The notes beneath the pieces are model-generated. The model searched no databases and was not told where the DNA came from. It saw only the letters and a list, made by a program, of their open reading frames with translations. This document shows positions 45,665 through 55,382 of a stretch of DNA of 64,000 nt, one piece after another. The stretch spans positions 896,001-960,000 of the forward strand of contig CAWAUV010000008.1 in the NCBI GenBank assembly GCA_963785305.1, in the 5' to 3' direction. Position 1 is the stretch's first letter. Every line of letters starts with the position of its first letter. Position numbers and translations under genes: made by a program. Source of the stretch: an uncultured Planctomycetaceae bacterium. GTDB taxonomy: Bacteria; Planctomycetota; Planctomycetia; Pirellulales; PALSA-1355.

Positions 45665-46662
45665 ATGCAAAGCCGGTTATCGAAATCTTCTTCCGCGATA
45701 TGCGGGGTTTGGCCGCTGGGGTTGATTGTCGGCGTTGGGGTTGGGCTCGTGTTCGCTGGAGCGTTCGTCGTGGGACAAGGGCTTTGGTTTCCCTGGAGCG
45801 ATGCGATTCAGCCGGTTGCGATCGTCGCGGGGCTCGTCGGCGCGAGCATCTACTATCGCCGCCGAGGCGTGGACAATTTCGTCGCCACGCTCGACGCCCT
45901 GGCCACGCTCGTCGCCTTCTCGACCGTTTATACACTCGCCATGTATGCGATCGCCGCCACCGGCCGGCCATGGGTCGACGCATCGCTCGCGACATTCGAT
46001 CACGCGCTCGGTTTCTCGGCGTCCGAGGTCGTGCGCTGGGTCGACGCTCGGCCGAATACGAAATTCGCGCTCGAGATCGCTTACTTCTCCGTGATCCCGC
46101 AAACCGTGCTCGCCATCGCTTGGCTCGGGCTGCGCGGGTCGGGCGAGGCTCGCGAATCGCTCCGGCGGTTCCTGTATCGGTTCATGCTCGCGGCTGGCCT
46201 CGCGGCGCTCGTGTTTTATTTCGCCCCCGCGCGGGAACGTGCGCCTATTATGAGTTCCCGACGCCTGAACACTATCGGCGGATTCTCGTCGATCTCGACG
46301 CGTTGCGCTCCGGCTCGCGCACGCTCGTCACTTGGCGAGCCGCCGAGGGGTTGATTACGTGTCCCTCGTTTCACGCCACCTGGGGCCTGCTGCTCGTCGC
46401 CGCATTCTGGCCCGACCGCGTGCTCCGCTGGCCGATGTTCGCGCTCAATGCCGTGATGATCGCCTCGACCGTGCCGATCGGCATGCACTATCTTGCCGAT
46501 GTGCTCGCTGGCGGCGCGGCCGCGGGACTGGCCTCGGCGCTCGAGCGAGCGGGGTCATATGCCGCGCGAGCGGGTCTTGCCTCGCGAAGCATGTTCCGCG
46601 GGTCCGCCCTGGGCTGGACCATGCGCCCTGGCGCTTGCGGCCGCCCGGGCCAGCGGCGCTGA
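45665..46662 (+). CDS. PAP2 superfamily (Aur1/Ipt1-like) membrane protein; frameshift near 46250
   Basis: FDHALG, FAPA, CPSFHATW, STVPIGMHYLADVLAG. Confidence 0.8.
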
Positions 46663-47045
46663 GCCAGACCGCGCCAGGTCGGGGGGGCGCCGCTTGATCG
46701 GCGGGCGCCGGGCGCGTATTCTGAAATCGGTTTCCGCGCGGTGAATCATCGCGCTTGCCGAGCCACGAACAGCCGTTTGGCGCGAAGGTCCCACCTGCCA
46801 ACGATCCTACCCCGCCGCGAAATTTTTTTCACCCGGCGGGCGCCCCGAGCAATTATCCTGAGCACCGAGGATCGGCTGCGCGCGGGTCGGCGCCGTGGAT
46901 CCGAGTCGTGCTTGGCCATGACTTGTCCGGCGCATGCCTGTCGAATGTCCAATCGGCTTCCCCGGTCACGGAAGCCGCGAGTGGCGCCGGCCGAGGCCGA
47001 ACAACGAAACCCGAGAACATCGAAAACCGAGGCTTGAAGACGCAC

Positions 47046-49451
47046 ATGATGAACTCTTGGCTTTGTCGTCGCTCGCGAATAGGCGCCGCGGGCGCGGCGC
47101 TCGTGGTTCTGTGTCTGGCGGGCGACCGAATTGGCCCGCGCTCGCTCGCGGCGGCCGATCGGCCGCGCGTGAAACTGGGCGCCCCGGCGGCGAGCGGCGC
47201 GGCGAGCGCTCCGGCCGATCCGTCGAAGTTCGCGCCCAAGCCATCGCCGCGGGCAGCATTGCCCGCGCCGACCGCCACCGCGCTCGAGCGGATCGAGCGC
47301 GACCCGATGGACTGGCCCAACTGGCGCGGCCCCCAGCAAAACGGCGTCTCGACCGAGACCGGGCTCGTCGACGCTTGGGACTACGCGGGCAGCGGCAAGA
47401 ACCTGCTTTGGAAAAACGCCGAAGCCGGCAGCATCTCCACTCCGATCGTGCTCCGCGGCAAGCTCTATACATTGGCCCGCTATCAGCCCGACACCACGCG
47501 CGAAGGCGAAATGGTGATCTGCCTCGACGCCGCCACGGGCAAGAAGCTTTGGGAGAACACTTTCAATGTGTTCCTCAGCGACGTGCCGGCCGAGCGAGTG
47601 GCCTGGAGCAGTTGCGTGGGCGATCCGGCCACGGGCCGCATCTATGCCTTGGGTGTCTGCGGCTATTTGCAATGCATCGATGGCGACACCGGAAAGACCA
47701 TCTGGCGCCGTTCGCTCAGCGAGGAATTCGGCCTCTTGAGCACCTACGGCGGGCGGACGAATGTGCCGGTGCTCTCGGAAGACAAGCTGATTATCAGTTC
47801 GGTCATCATCGGCTGGGGCGAAATGGCCCGGCCCGCGCACCGCTTCATGGCCTTCGACAAGAACACGGGCGAGATTCTCTGGTTCAATGGCACCCGGCCG
47901 CTGCCCGAAGACACCACCTACAGCACTCCGGTCACGGCGGTGCTCAAGGGCAAGGCCGAGCTGGTGTTCGGCTCGGGCGATGGCGGCGTCTACGGCTTTC
48001 AACCGCGCACCGGCAAGATGATCTGGGGCTTTCAGCTTTCGCGCCGTGGCATCAATGTCTCGCCGGTCGTGAGCGACTACAACGTCTATATTTCCCACGC
48101 CGAGGAAAACCTCGACAATCAAACGATGGGCGCCATCGTGCGCATCGATGGCTCGGGCGCGGGCGATGTCACCAAGGACCACGAAATCTGGCGGGCCTCG
48201 GGCATGGACGGCAAGGCCTCGCCGCTGGTGGTCGATGGCCGGCTCTACGCCTTCGACGACGGCGCCAAGGTCTATGTGATCGATCTCGCCACCGGCAAGG
48301 AAGTGTGCAAGCCGGTGAAGCTGGTCGGCACCATCATGCGCGGCAGCCCGATCTATGGCGACGGCAAGATTTACGCCGCCACCACCAGCGCCTGGCATGT
48401 GATCAAGCCGACGGCCGACGGCATCAAGATCACGCAAAAATTGCGGCTACCCTCGGACGAAGAGGCCAGCGGCTCGCCGATCATTTCCCATGGCCGCATT
48501 TATCTGCCCACGACCGGCAATCTCTATTGTATCGGCGCCCAGGGCACGACTCCCCGCGCCGATCCGCTGCCCGCGACTCCCGAGGAAAACGCGGTGACGG
48601 CCGATGAAACTCCGGCTCTGGTCGAGGTCACTCCCTGCGAAGCGCTGCTCTCCTCGGGCAATCAGCAGACCTTCACGGCCCGGCTGTTCAACGCCAATGG
48701 CCAGTTTCTCAAAAACGCCGACGCTTCGTTCAGCGTCGAGGGGCCCGGGGCGATCGATGCCCATGGCATGTACACCGCGCCGGCCGATTCGGGGCATGTG
48801 GCGGCGTATGTCACGGCGAAGGTCGGCGACTTGGTGGGCAAGGCACGGATTCGGGTCGTGCCGCCGCTGCCTTGGAAATTCGACTTCTCCGATGGCGAGG
48901 TGCCGGTCACCTGGATCGGCGCCCGATATCGCAACGTGGTGCGCGAGATCGACGGCGAAAAGATGATGGTCAAAGTGACCACGATTCCCAAGGGCACGCG
49001 CAGCGGTTCGTTCATGGGTCCCACGAACTTGCACGACTACACGGTGCAAGCCGATGTGCGCGGGGCCAAGACACATGACAAGATGCCCGACATCGGCGTG
49101 GTGGCCCAGCGCTACACGCTCGACCTGATGGGCGCGAGCCAGAAATTGCAGATTCGCAGTTGGACTCCGCAGCTTGAAAAGCGGTTCGCCAAGAATGTGC
49201 CGTTCGCCTGGAAGGCCGACGAGTGGTATACCATCAAGTTCCAAGCCTCGACCAGCGGCGACCGGGCCGTGCTCAAGGGCAAGGTCTGGCCGCGCGAGGA
49301 GAAGGAGCCCGAGGCTTGGACCGTGGAAGCCGCGGATGAAGTCGGCAATTTGAACGGCAGTCCCGGCCTGTGGGGCAATGCCAGCGATTCGGAAATCTGC
49401 TACGACAATATCCGGGTGACGCCGAATGTTTCGGTCGCCGACTCGAAATAG
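47046..49451 (+). CDS. PQQ-binding-like beta-propeller repeat protein with C-terminal extra domains
   Basis: DWPNWRGP, repeated CLDAATGKKLW-type Trp-docking motifs, YSTP. Confidence 0.88.
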   Translation: MMNSWLCRRSRIGAAGAALVVLCLAGDRIGPRSLAAADRPRVKLGAPAASGAASAPADPSKFAPKPSPRAALPAPTATALERIERDPMDWPNWRGPQQNGVSTETGLVDAWDYAGSGKNLLWKNAEAGSISTPIVLRGKLYTLARYQPDTTREGEMVICLDAATGKKLWENTFNVFLSDVPAERVAWSSCVGDPATGRIYALGVCGYLQCIDGDTGKTIWRRSLSEEFGLLSTYGGRTNVPVLSEDKLIISSVIIGWGEMARPAHRFMAFDKNTGEILWFNGTRPLPEDTTYSTPVTAVLKGKAELVFGSGDGGVYGFQPRTGKMIWGFQLSRRGINVSPVVSDYNVYISHAEENLDNQTMGAIVRIDGSGAGDVTKDHEIWRASGMDGKASPLVVDGRLYAFDDGAKVYVIDLATGKEVCKPVKLVGTIMRGSPIYGDGKIYAATTSAWHVIKPTADGIKITQKLRLPSDEEASGSPIISHGRIYLPTTGNLYCIGAQGTTPRADPLPATPEENAVTADETPALVEVTPCEALLSSGNQQTFTARLFNANGQFLKNADASFSVEGPGAIDAHGMYTAPADSGHVAAYVTAKVGDLVGKARIRVVPPLPWKFDFSDGEVPVTWIGARYRNVVREIDGEKMMVKVTTIPKGTRSGSFMGPTNLHDYTVQADVRGAKTHDKMPDIGVVAQRYTLDLMGASQKLQIRSWTPQLEKRFAKNVPFAWKADEWYTIKFQASTSGDRAVLKGKVWPREEKEPEAWTVEAADEVGNLNGSPGLWGNASDSEICYDNIRVTPNVSVADSK

Positions 49452-49552
49452 CCACATCCGGTTGGCGGTCGGCGCGCGAACACGCGCGGCGTCGGCGACA
49501 GGTTCATTTCCCCACCCACCAAAAACCGCAACTCGCGTCGAGACCCACGAAC

Positions 49553-51758
49553 ATGATCGATACCCATCGCTTTGCGTTTCTTGTGTCGTTGCTGACGATC
49601 GCCGCCGCGGCGCCGGCCGCCGAGCAACTGGCCGCCGCGGGTTCGCCGCCGACAGCCGCGGTCAAGGCGCCGGCGACGGCGGCCGGCAAAACCGCGGCCG
49701 CTTCGGGCGGTGGCGCGGCCAAGGGCCCGGCGGCCCCCAGCGCGGCTTCACCCAACACGACTCCGCCCAGCGTGACCGCCAAGCTCGATTCGTCGCTGAT
49801 TACCGCGCAGCTGGAAACACTCGGCTCGCTGCCGAAGATGGTGGTTCCGGCGCCCGCCGACGTGCAACCCGGCGATTGGCCGATGTGGGGTGGAACCACG
49901 GCCCGCAACAACGTGGCCCTGGCCAAGAACATTGCCACGGAATGGGAAGTGGGCGGTTTCGACGACAAGACCGGCGAATGGCAAAAGTCGAAGGCTCAAA
50001 ACGTGAAGTGGTGCTCCCGGCTCGGCAGCCAGTCGTATGGCAATCCGGTGGTGGCCAACGGCAAGGTATATGTCGGCTCGAACAACGGGGCCGGCTATTT
50101 GAAGCGTTATCCGGCCACGGTCGACCTGGGTGTCTTGCTCTGCTTCGACGAAGCCGACGGCAAATTCCTCTGGCAACACTCGAATGAGAAATTGCCTACT
50201 GGCCGTGTACACGATTGGCCGCTGCAGGGCGTGTGCGCCACCAGTTTCGCCGAAGGCAGCCGGGTTTGGTATATCAGCAATCGCGGCGAAGTCGTGTGCC
50301 TCGACGCCAACGGCTTTTACGACGACGTGGACAATGGTCCGGTCGTGAATCAACCGGCCAAGATGTTCGAGATCATGAAGAACGAAGACCCGGCGAAGGA
50401 CCAGTTCGCCGAGGGCCTGGCCGCGCTGAAAGAGGGCAAGCTCGCGCCGCGCCTGCGCGACGCCTTTGCCGCGGCCGGCCTCGAAATTCCCGACGACGTG
50501 AAACTGGCCGTGGAAAAAACGACCTACAAATTCTCCTTCAAGCCCGAGGGCGCCAAGCACGAGCGGGCGGCTTTTGTGCGGGTCGAGGGACCGAAGCTGG
50601 TCGGCTACAAGATTCTCAATCCCGACGACAAGACCGAGGCCGACGTGATTTGGAGCGTCAACATGATGACCGACCTCGGCGTCTCGCAGCACAATATGTG
50701 CGCTGCTCGGTAATCGCGGTCGGCGATCTGCTGTTTTTGAACACCTCGAACGGCGTGGATGAAGGCCATGTCAACCTGCCGGCGCCCCATGCGCCGAGTT
50801 TCGTGTGCATGGACAAAAACAGCGGCAAGGTTTACTGGACCGACAGTTCGCCGGGCGCCAATGTGTTGCACGGCCAATGGTCGAGCCCGGCCTATGCCTT
50901 GATCGACGGCGCGCCGCAGGTGATCTTCGGCGGCGGCGATGGCTGGATTTACTCCTTCGTGGGCGATGCCTCGAGCAATGGCGGCCACGCGAAGCATCTT
51001 TGGGAATTCGACTGCAATCCCAAGGAATCGAAATACACGCTTGGCGGCCGCGCCGACCGGAACCACATCATCGGCACGCCGGTCCTCTATAAGGGCCTCG
51101 TGTATGTGGGCGTGGGCGAGGATCCGGAGCATGGCGAAGGCGTCGGCCATTTGTGGTGCATCGATCCGCGCCGGCATGGCGATGTGAGCGGCGAACTGGC
51201 GCTGAATCTCAAGGACCTCTCGCAGCCATTGCCGCGGCGGCGAAATCAGGCCGTGATCAAGGAGCAGGGCGACGTGGCCCGGCCCAATCCGAATTCGGCC
51301 GCCATATGGCATCTTTCGACCTCCGACACGAACCACGACGGCAAGATCGACTTCGAGGAAACCTTCCACCGCACCTGCGGCACGGTGGCGATCAAGGACG
51401 ATCTTTGCTATGTGGCCGACTTCAGCGGATTGGTGCATTGCGTGAACGCCCTCACCGGCGAGCCCTACTGGGTGCATGATATGCTCGCCGCCTGCTGGGG
51501 CTCGCCGCTGATTGTCGAAGACAAGGTCTATATCGGCGACGAAGATGGCGATATCGCGATCTTCAAGCTCTCGAAGGAAAAAGACCTGATCGCCGAACAT
51601 AACATGGGCAGTTCCGTGTACTCGACGCCGGTCGTCGCCAACGGCACGCTGTTCATCGCCGATAAAGACCATGTGTTCGCCATCGAAAACCCCTCGTCCG
51701 CCGACGCCAAGCTCGAAAAGGCGCGGCCAGCGCCCCGTCGGCGACCGCCGCGCGATAG
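49553..51758 (+). CDS. PQQ-binding-like beta-propeller repeat protein (frameshifts near 50700 and near the 3' end)
   Basis: DWPMWGG, LGSQSYGNPVVANG, HGQWSSP, MGSSVYSTPVVANG. Confidence 0.85.
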
Positions 51759-51848
51759 AATCGGCTTGGGCCGCCGGCCGGTTGATAAGCTTCGGCGCGG
51801 GCGGCGCCGGGCTTCGGATCGCTCTTCCAAGGATGGACTTCGCACACG

Positions 51849-53258
51849 ATGGATAGCCTGCGAATTCGCGGACCGGCCGTGCTCTCGGGCAGCGTTCGAG
51901 CGCAAGGCGCCAAAAACGCCGCGCTGCCGATCATGGCGGCGTCGCTCCTGGCCTCGGAGCCGGTCACGCTCCACGCGGCGCCGCGGCTGGCCGATGTCGA
52001 CACGCTCGCTCTCGTGCTCGCGCATTTGGGGCTCAACGTGTCGCGCCGCGAGAGCGGCGGCATCGATATCACGACCCTAAACTCTCGGCCGGTCGAAGCG
52101 CCGTGCGCGCTGGTCGAGCAAATGCGGGCCAGCTTCTGCGTGCTCGGTCCGCTCGTGGCCCGGCGCCGAGTGGCAATCGTGCCGCTGCCCGGCGGGTGCG
52201 ATCTCGGCCCCCGGCCGATCGATTTGCACTTGGCCGGCTTGGTGAAGCTGGGCGCCGAGGTGCGCATCGAGCGCGGCATGGCGATCGTCAGCGCGCGACG
52301 GCTGCGCGGAGCGACGATCGAGCTCGCCGGCCCGCGCGGACCGACCGTGACCGGCACGGCCAATGTGCTCTCGGCCGCCACGCTCGCCCAGGGCACGACC
52401 GTGATCCGCCGCGCGGCGCGCGAGCCCGAAATCGCCGATCTCGCGTGCTTCCTTCGCCGGCTGGGGGCCGACATCGAAGGCGAGGGAACCGACACCCTCG
52501 TCGTTCGCGGCCGCGAGCAACTGGGCGGCGCCGAACACCAGATTATTCCCGACCGCATCGAAGCCGGCACCTTGCTCTTCGCCGCCGCGATCACCGGCTC
52601 GACGATTTCGGTCGAAGGCGCGCGGGCCGAGCACTTGAGCGCGGTCTTGGAAACACTCGCGCTCACCGGTCAGCGCGTCGAACTCGGGCCCGACGTGATT
52701 CGGATCGCTGGCGTCGAGCGGCCGCGCGGCGTGCATGGCATCGCCGGGCCATTTCCCGAGTTTCCCACCGACTTGCAGCCGATGCTCACGGCGCTGCTCG
52801 CGAAAGCCACGAGCCGCGGCTCGATGACCGATCGCGTGTTTCCCGAGCGCTGGCGTCACTTGGCCGAACTTGAAAAGCTCGGCGCCCGGTTCTCGCGCCA
52901 GGCTTGCCGCGCCGCGACCCGCGGCGGCGAGTCGCAAGCCGGCGCCCTGCTCGGGGCAATATCGGCGCCCCAGCGCGTGGTCCAGGCGCATGATCTTCGC
53001 GGCGGCGCGGCGCTGCTGCTGGCGGCGCTGGCCGCCGAGGGAACGACCCTGGTCACGGGGCTCGAACATCTGGACCGTGGCTACGAGCGAATCGAAGACA
53101 AGCTCCGCCGCCTGGGGGCCGATATCGCGCGCTCGAGCGCCGCCACGCTCGACGAGCCCAATGGACTAGCGCGCCCCAGGGATACTGGCGAACCGGTCGT
53201 GGTTTGCGAACGGGCCCCGGGCTATGAACCGGCCCCGGTTTGCGAAGCGCCTTTATAG
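51849..53258 (+). CDS. murA: UDP-N-acetylglucosamine 1-carboxyvinyltransferase
   Basis: GAKNAALP, MRAS, LPGGCDLGPRPIDLH (catalytic Cys loop), AAREPE, PDRIEAGT, FPTDLQ, DLRGGA, HLDRGYE. Confidence 0.95.
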   Translation: MDSLRIRGPAVLSGSVRAQGAKNAALPIMAASLLASEPVTLHAAPRLADVDTLALVLAHLGLNVSRRESGGIDITTLNSRPVEAPCALVEQMRASFCVLGPLVARRRVAIVPLPGGCDLGPRPIDLHLAGLVKLGAEVRIERGMAIVSARRLRGATIELAGPRGPTVTGTANVLSAATLAQGTTVIRRAAREPEIADLACFLRRLGADIEGEGTDTLVVRGREQLGGAEHQIIPDRIEAGTLLFAAAITGSTISVEGARAEHLSAVLETLALTGQRVELGPDVIRIAGVERPRGVHGIAGPFPEFPTDLQPMLTALLAKATSRGSMTDRVFPERWRHLAELEKLGARFSRQACRAATRGGESQAGALLGAISAPQRVVQAHDLRGGAALLLAALAAEGTTLVTGLEHLDRGYERIEDKLRRLGADIARSSAATLDEPNGLARPRDTGEPVVVCERAPGYEPAPVCEAPL

Positions 53259-54244
53259 ACCTGTTGATAGAGCATGTTCTTCTTCGAGGTCATCGGGCCC
53301 GTGCCGCGATCGTCGCGCAAGGCCGCCACCATCATGTTGAGTTTCGCGTCGATATCGTCGGCATAATGCACCAGCAGCGCTTCGGGCGTCATTGGCGCCT
53401 TGGGCGAGCCCCATTCGGGCAGGCGTTGATGGGAAAGAATAATGTGTTCGAGTCGCAGGAGCTTATCGCCGGGCAGTTCGTGTCTCGGAGCCGCCTCGCG
53501 CACGATATCGCGTCCCTGCACGATATGCCCGATGAGCGAGCCGGCGGCGGTGTATTCGGCGCCGGTCGCGTGTTGCTCGATCTCGCGAAGCTTGCCGATA
53601 TCGTGGAGCGCTCCGCCAGCGATCACCAGATCGCGATCCAAGGGCGGCGAGAGCTCGGAGTATTGATCGGTGTATTTTTCGGCCAGATACAAGCACGTGC
53701 GTGTCACGCTGAGCACATGCTCGAGATATCCGCCGACATACGCATGATGATTGTGCGTGGCGGCCGGGAGCGTGAGCAGGGTTTCGCGATTGCTCGTGAG
53801 AATGTCGCATACCAGCTCGCGGAGCGCCGGATCGACAATGCTCTTGGCGATCAGCAGCAGTTCATCGAACATGCTTTCGGTCGGATAGCGCGACTGGGGC
53901 AAGCACATCGCCGGATCGAAACCATCTTGCGAATCGGCCTCGACCACGGCGCGAATCTTGCGAATGTCGAGCTGCGGCCCGTAGTTCGTTTCGCGATACA
54001 CTGCCCGGAGCTTGTAGAACTCGCCCACGCGCCACTGCTCGCGGCATTCGACGCCCCAGGGCGAATCTTGCCAGATGGGGAACGAGACCTCGCGGGCATG
54101 ATCGCGAAAAGTGACCTTGAAGTAGGGCTTGCCGTCGCGCGTGGTGAGCTCGTCCTTGGCCGAGAGTAGGGCGAAGAGATCGGCCTCTTGGCCGAGCGCC
54201 ATTTCCGCCAGCGGCACAACCTGGGGCAACGTCTTTTGTTTCAT
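53222..54244 (-). CDS. YhaM/Cbf-family OB-fold + HD 3'-5' exoribonuclease
   Basis: TRDGKPY OB fold, PAATHNHHAYVGGYLEH, LHDIGK, LIGH, ILSH, HYADDIDAK. Confidence 0.9.
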   Translation of the reverse strand: MKQKTLPQVVPLAEMALGQEADLFALLSAKDELTTRDGKPYFKVTFRDHAREVSFPIWQDSPWGVECREQWRVGEFYKLRAVYRETNYGPQLDIRKIRAVVEADSQDGFDPAMCLPQSRYPTESMFDELLLIAKSIVDPALRELVCDILTSNRETLLTLPAATHNHHAYVGGYLEHVLSVTRTCLYLAEKYTDQYSELSPPLDRDLVIAGGALHDIGKLREIEQHATGAEYTAAGSLIGHIVQGRDIVREAAPRHELPGDKLLRLEHIILSHQRLPEWGSPKAPMTPEALLVHYADDIDAKLNMMVAALRDDRGTGPMTSKKNMLYQQVYKGASQTGAGS

Positions 54245-54362
54245 GGCGAGCGAATCCCGGGAGGTGAAATGTCTTGGAAAAGGCGGCGGCCTGGATATGC
54301 GGCCGGCCGGAAAGGTCGAGGCGCCTTTGATCGCGACGACGCCCAAGCCGAGCGTCTGACTG

Positions 54363-54442
54363 CTTAGGGGCCTATCCGAGACCTTCGGCGAGCGCTCACC
54401 CTGCCCGCTCCAATACGGGGAGAGGGGGAGATGTCGGAAGGT
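54363..54442 (+). repeat. diverged copy of the second intergenic repeat family
   Basis: Similar to 6290-6358 (minus strand); contains a CTCACCCTGCCCGCTCC...GGGGAGAGGG hairpin-like core. Confidence 0.45.
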
Positions 54443-54756
54443 TCCCCGCTCAGCGGTCATGCGACGCCTCGGCCCGATTGTAAGGCGCCTGAACTAGGGG
54501 GTTCAAGAAAATCCCGTATTTCCGGGAGCCAGGCGACCGTGACACGGTCCGCCCGGTCGGTCCGCCGTTCCGCCGTCGGCTGTGCGGCCGTGTCGGCCGT
54601 GGGCGCCGGGCGGGCTGCTCTTGTCCATTGTGGCGCTTCGCTTTAAGATACGCGCTTTCATTTTTCGCGTCAAAATCGCTCGAATTGATTCAGATTCTCG
54701 CGCGAGCGTCGTTTCGTCGCTGGCGCGTCTCGACAAATCGCGCCCGAAGTGGGGGG

Positions 54757-55134
54757 ATGATGACTGGGGAGTTCGTGTGTCTGTTGGCCGACGCCGCCGA
54801 GGGCCCCGCCGCGCCCGACGCGCAGCCGAGCCCCTTCACGGGCATGTTGCCGGCCCTGGTCGGCATGATGGTCTTGTTCTACTTTTTGATTCTCCGGCCC
54901 GAGAAAAAACGGGCCGGCTCGGTCAAGACGATGCGCGAGGCGCTCAAGAAAAACGACCGGGTGCTCACCTCGGCCGGCATCTACGGAGTGGTGACGAATA
55001 TCCAACGCGAAAGCAATGAAGTCACGATCAAGGTCGACGAAGCCACGAACGCCAAACTGCGCGTGACGCTGGAGTCGATTGTGCGCGTGATCGGCGACAC
55101 GCCCGCCGAAGAAGGCGGATCGACGGGCGCTTAA
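54757..55134 (+). CDS. yajC: preprotein translocase subunit YajC
   Basis: FYFLILRPEKK...LKKNDRVLTSAGIYGVV. Confidence 0.93.
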   Translation: MMTGEFVCLLADAAEGPAAPDAQPSPFTGMLPALVGMMVLFYFLILRPEKKRAGSVKTMREALKKNDRVLTSAGIYGVVTNIQRESNEVTIKVDEATNAKLRVTLESIVRVIGDTPAEEGGSTGA

Positions 55135-55382
55135 GGAACCGCATGGCTCGCGGCGTCGGCGAGAAGCCAGCGCCGCTCGGCGCGGCCATCGATCGAAACG
55201 CCGCCCATCGACATAGAAAACCCCCTTTCCGCCCGCCGCGCGCGATTGGAGCCGAGCCTGCTCCGATCGGGGCGCCCAAGCGGTCCGGACAACCTCGCGG
55301 CGCGGCAGGCTCCACGAGAGCGAACGCCGGCGGCCCTCCACCAACGATTTATTGAGCTTAAGGAATTAGAAAGTAGGTTCCC

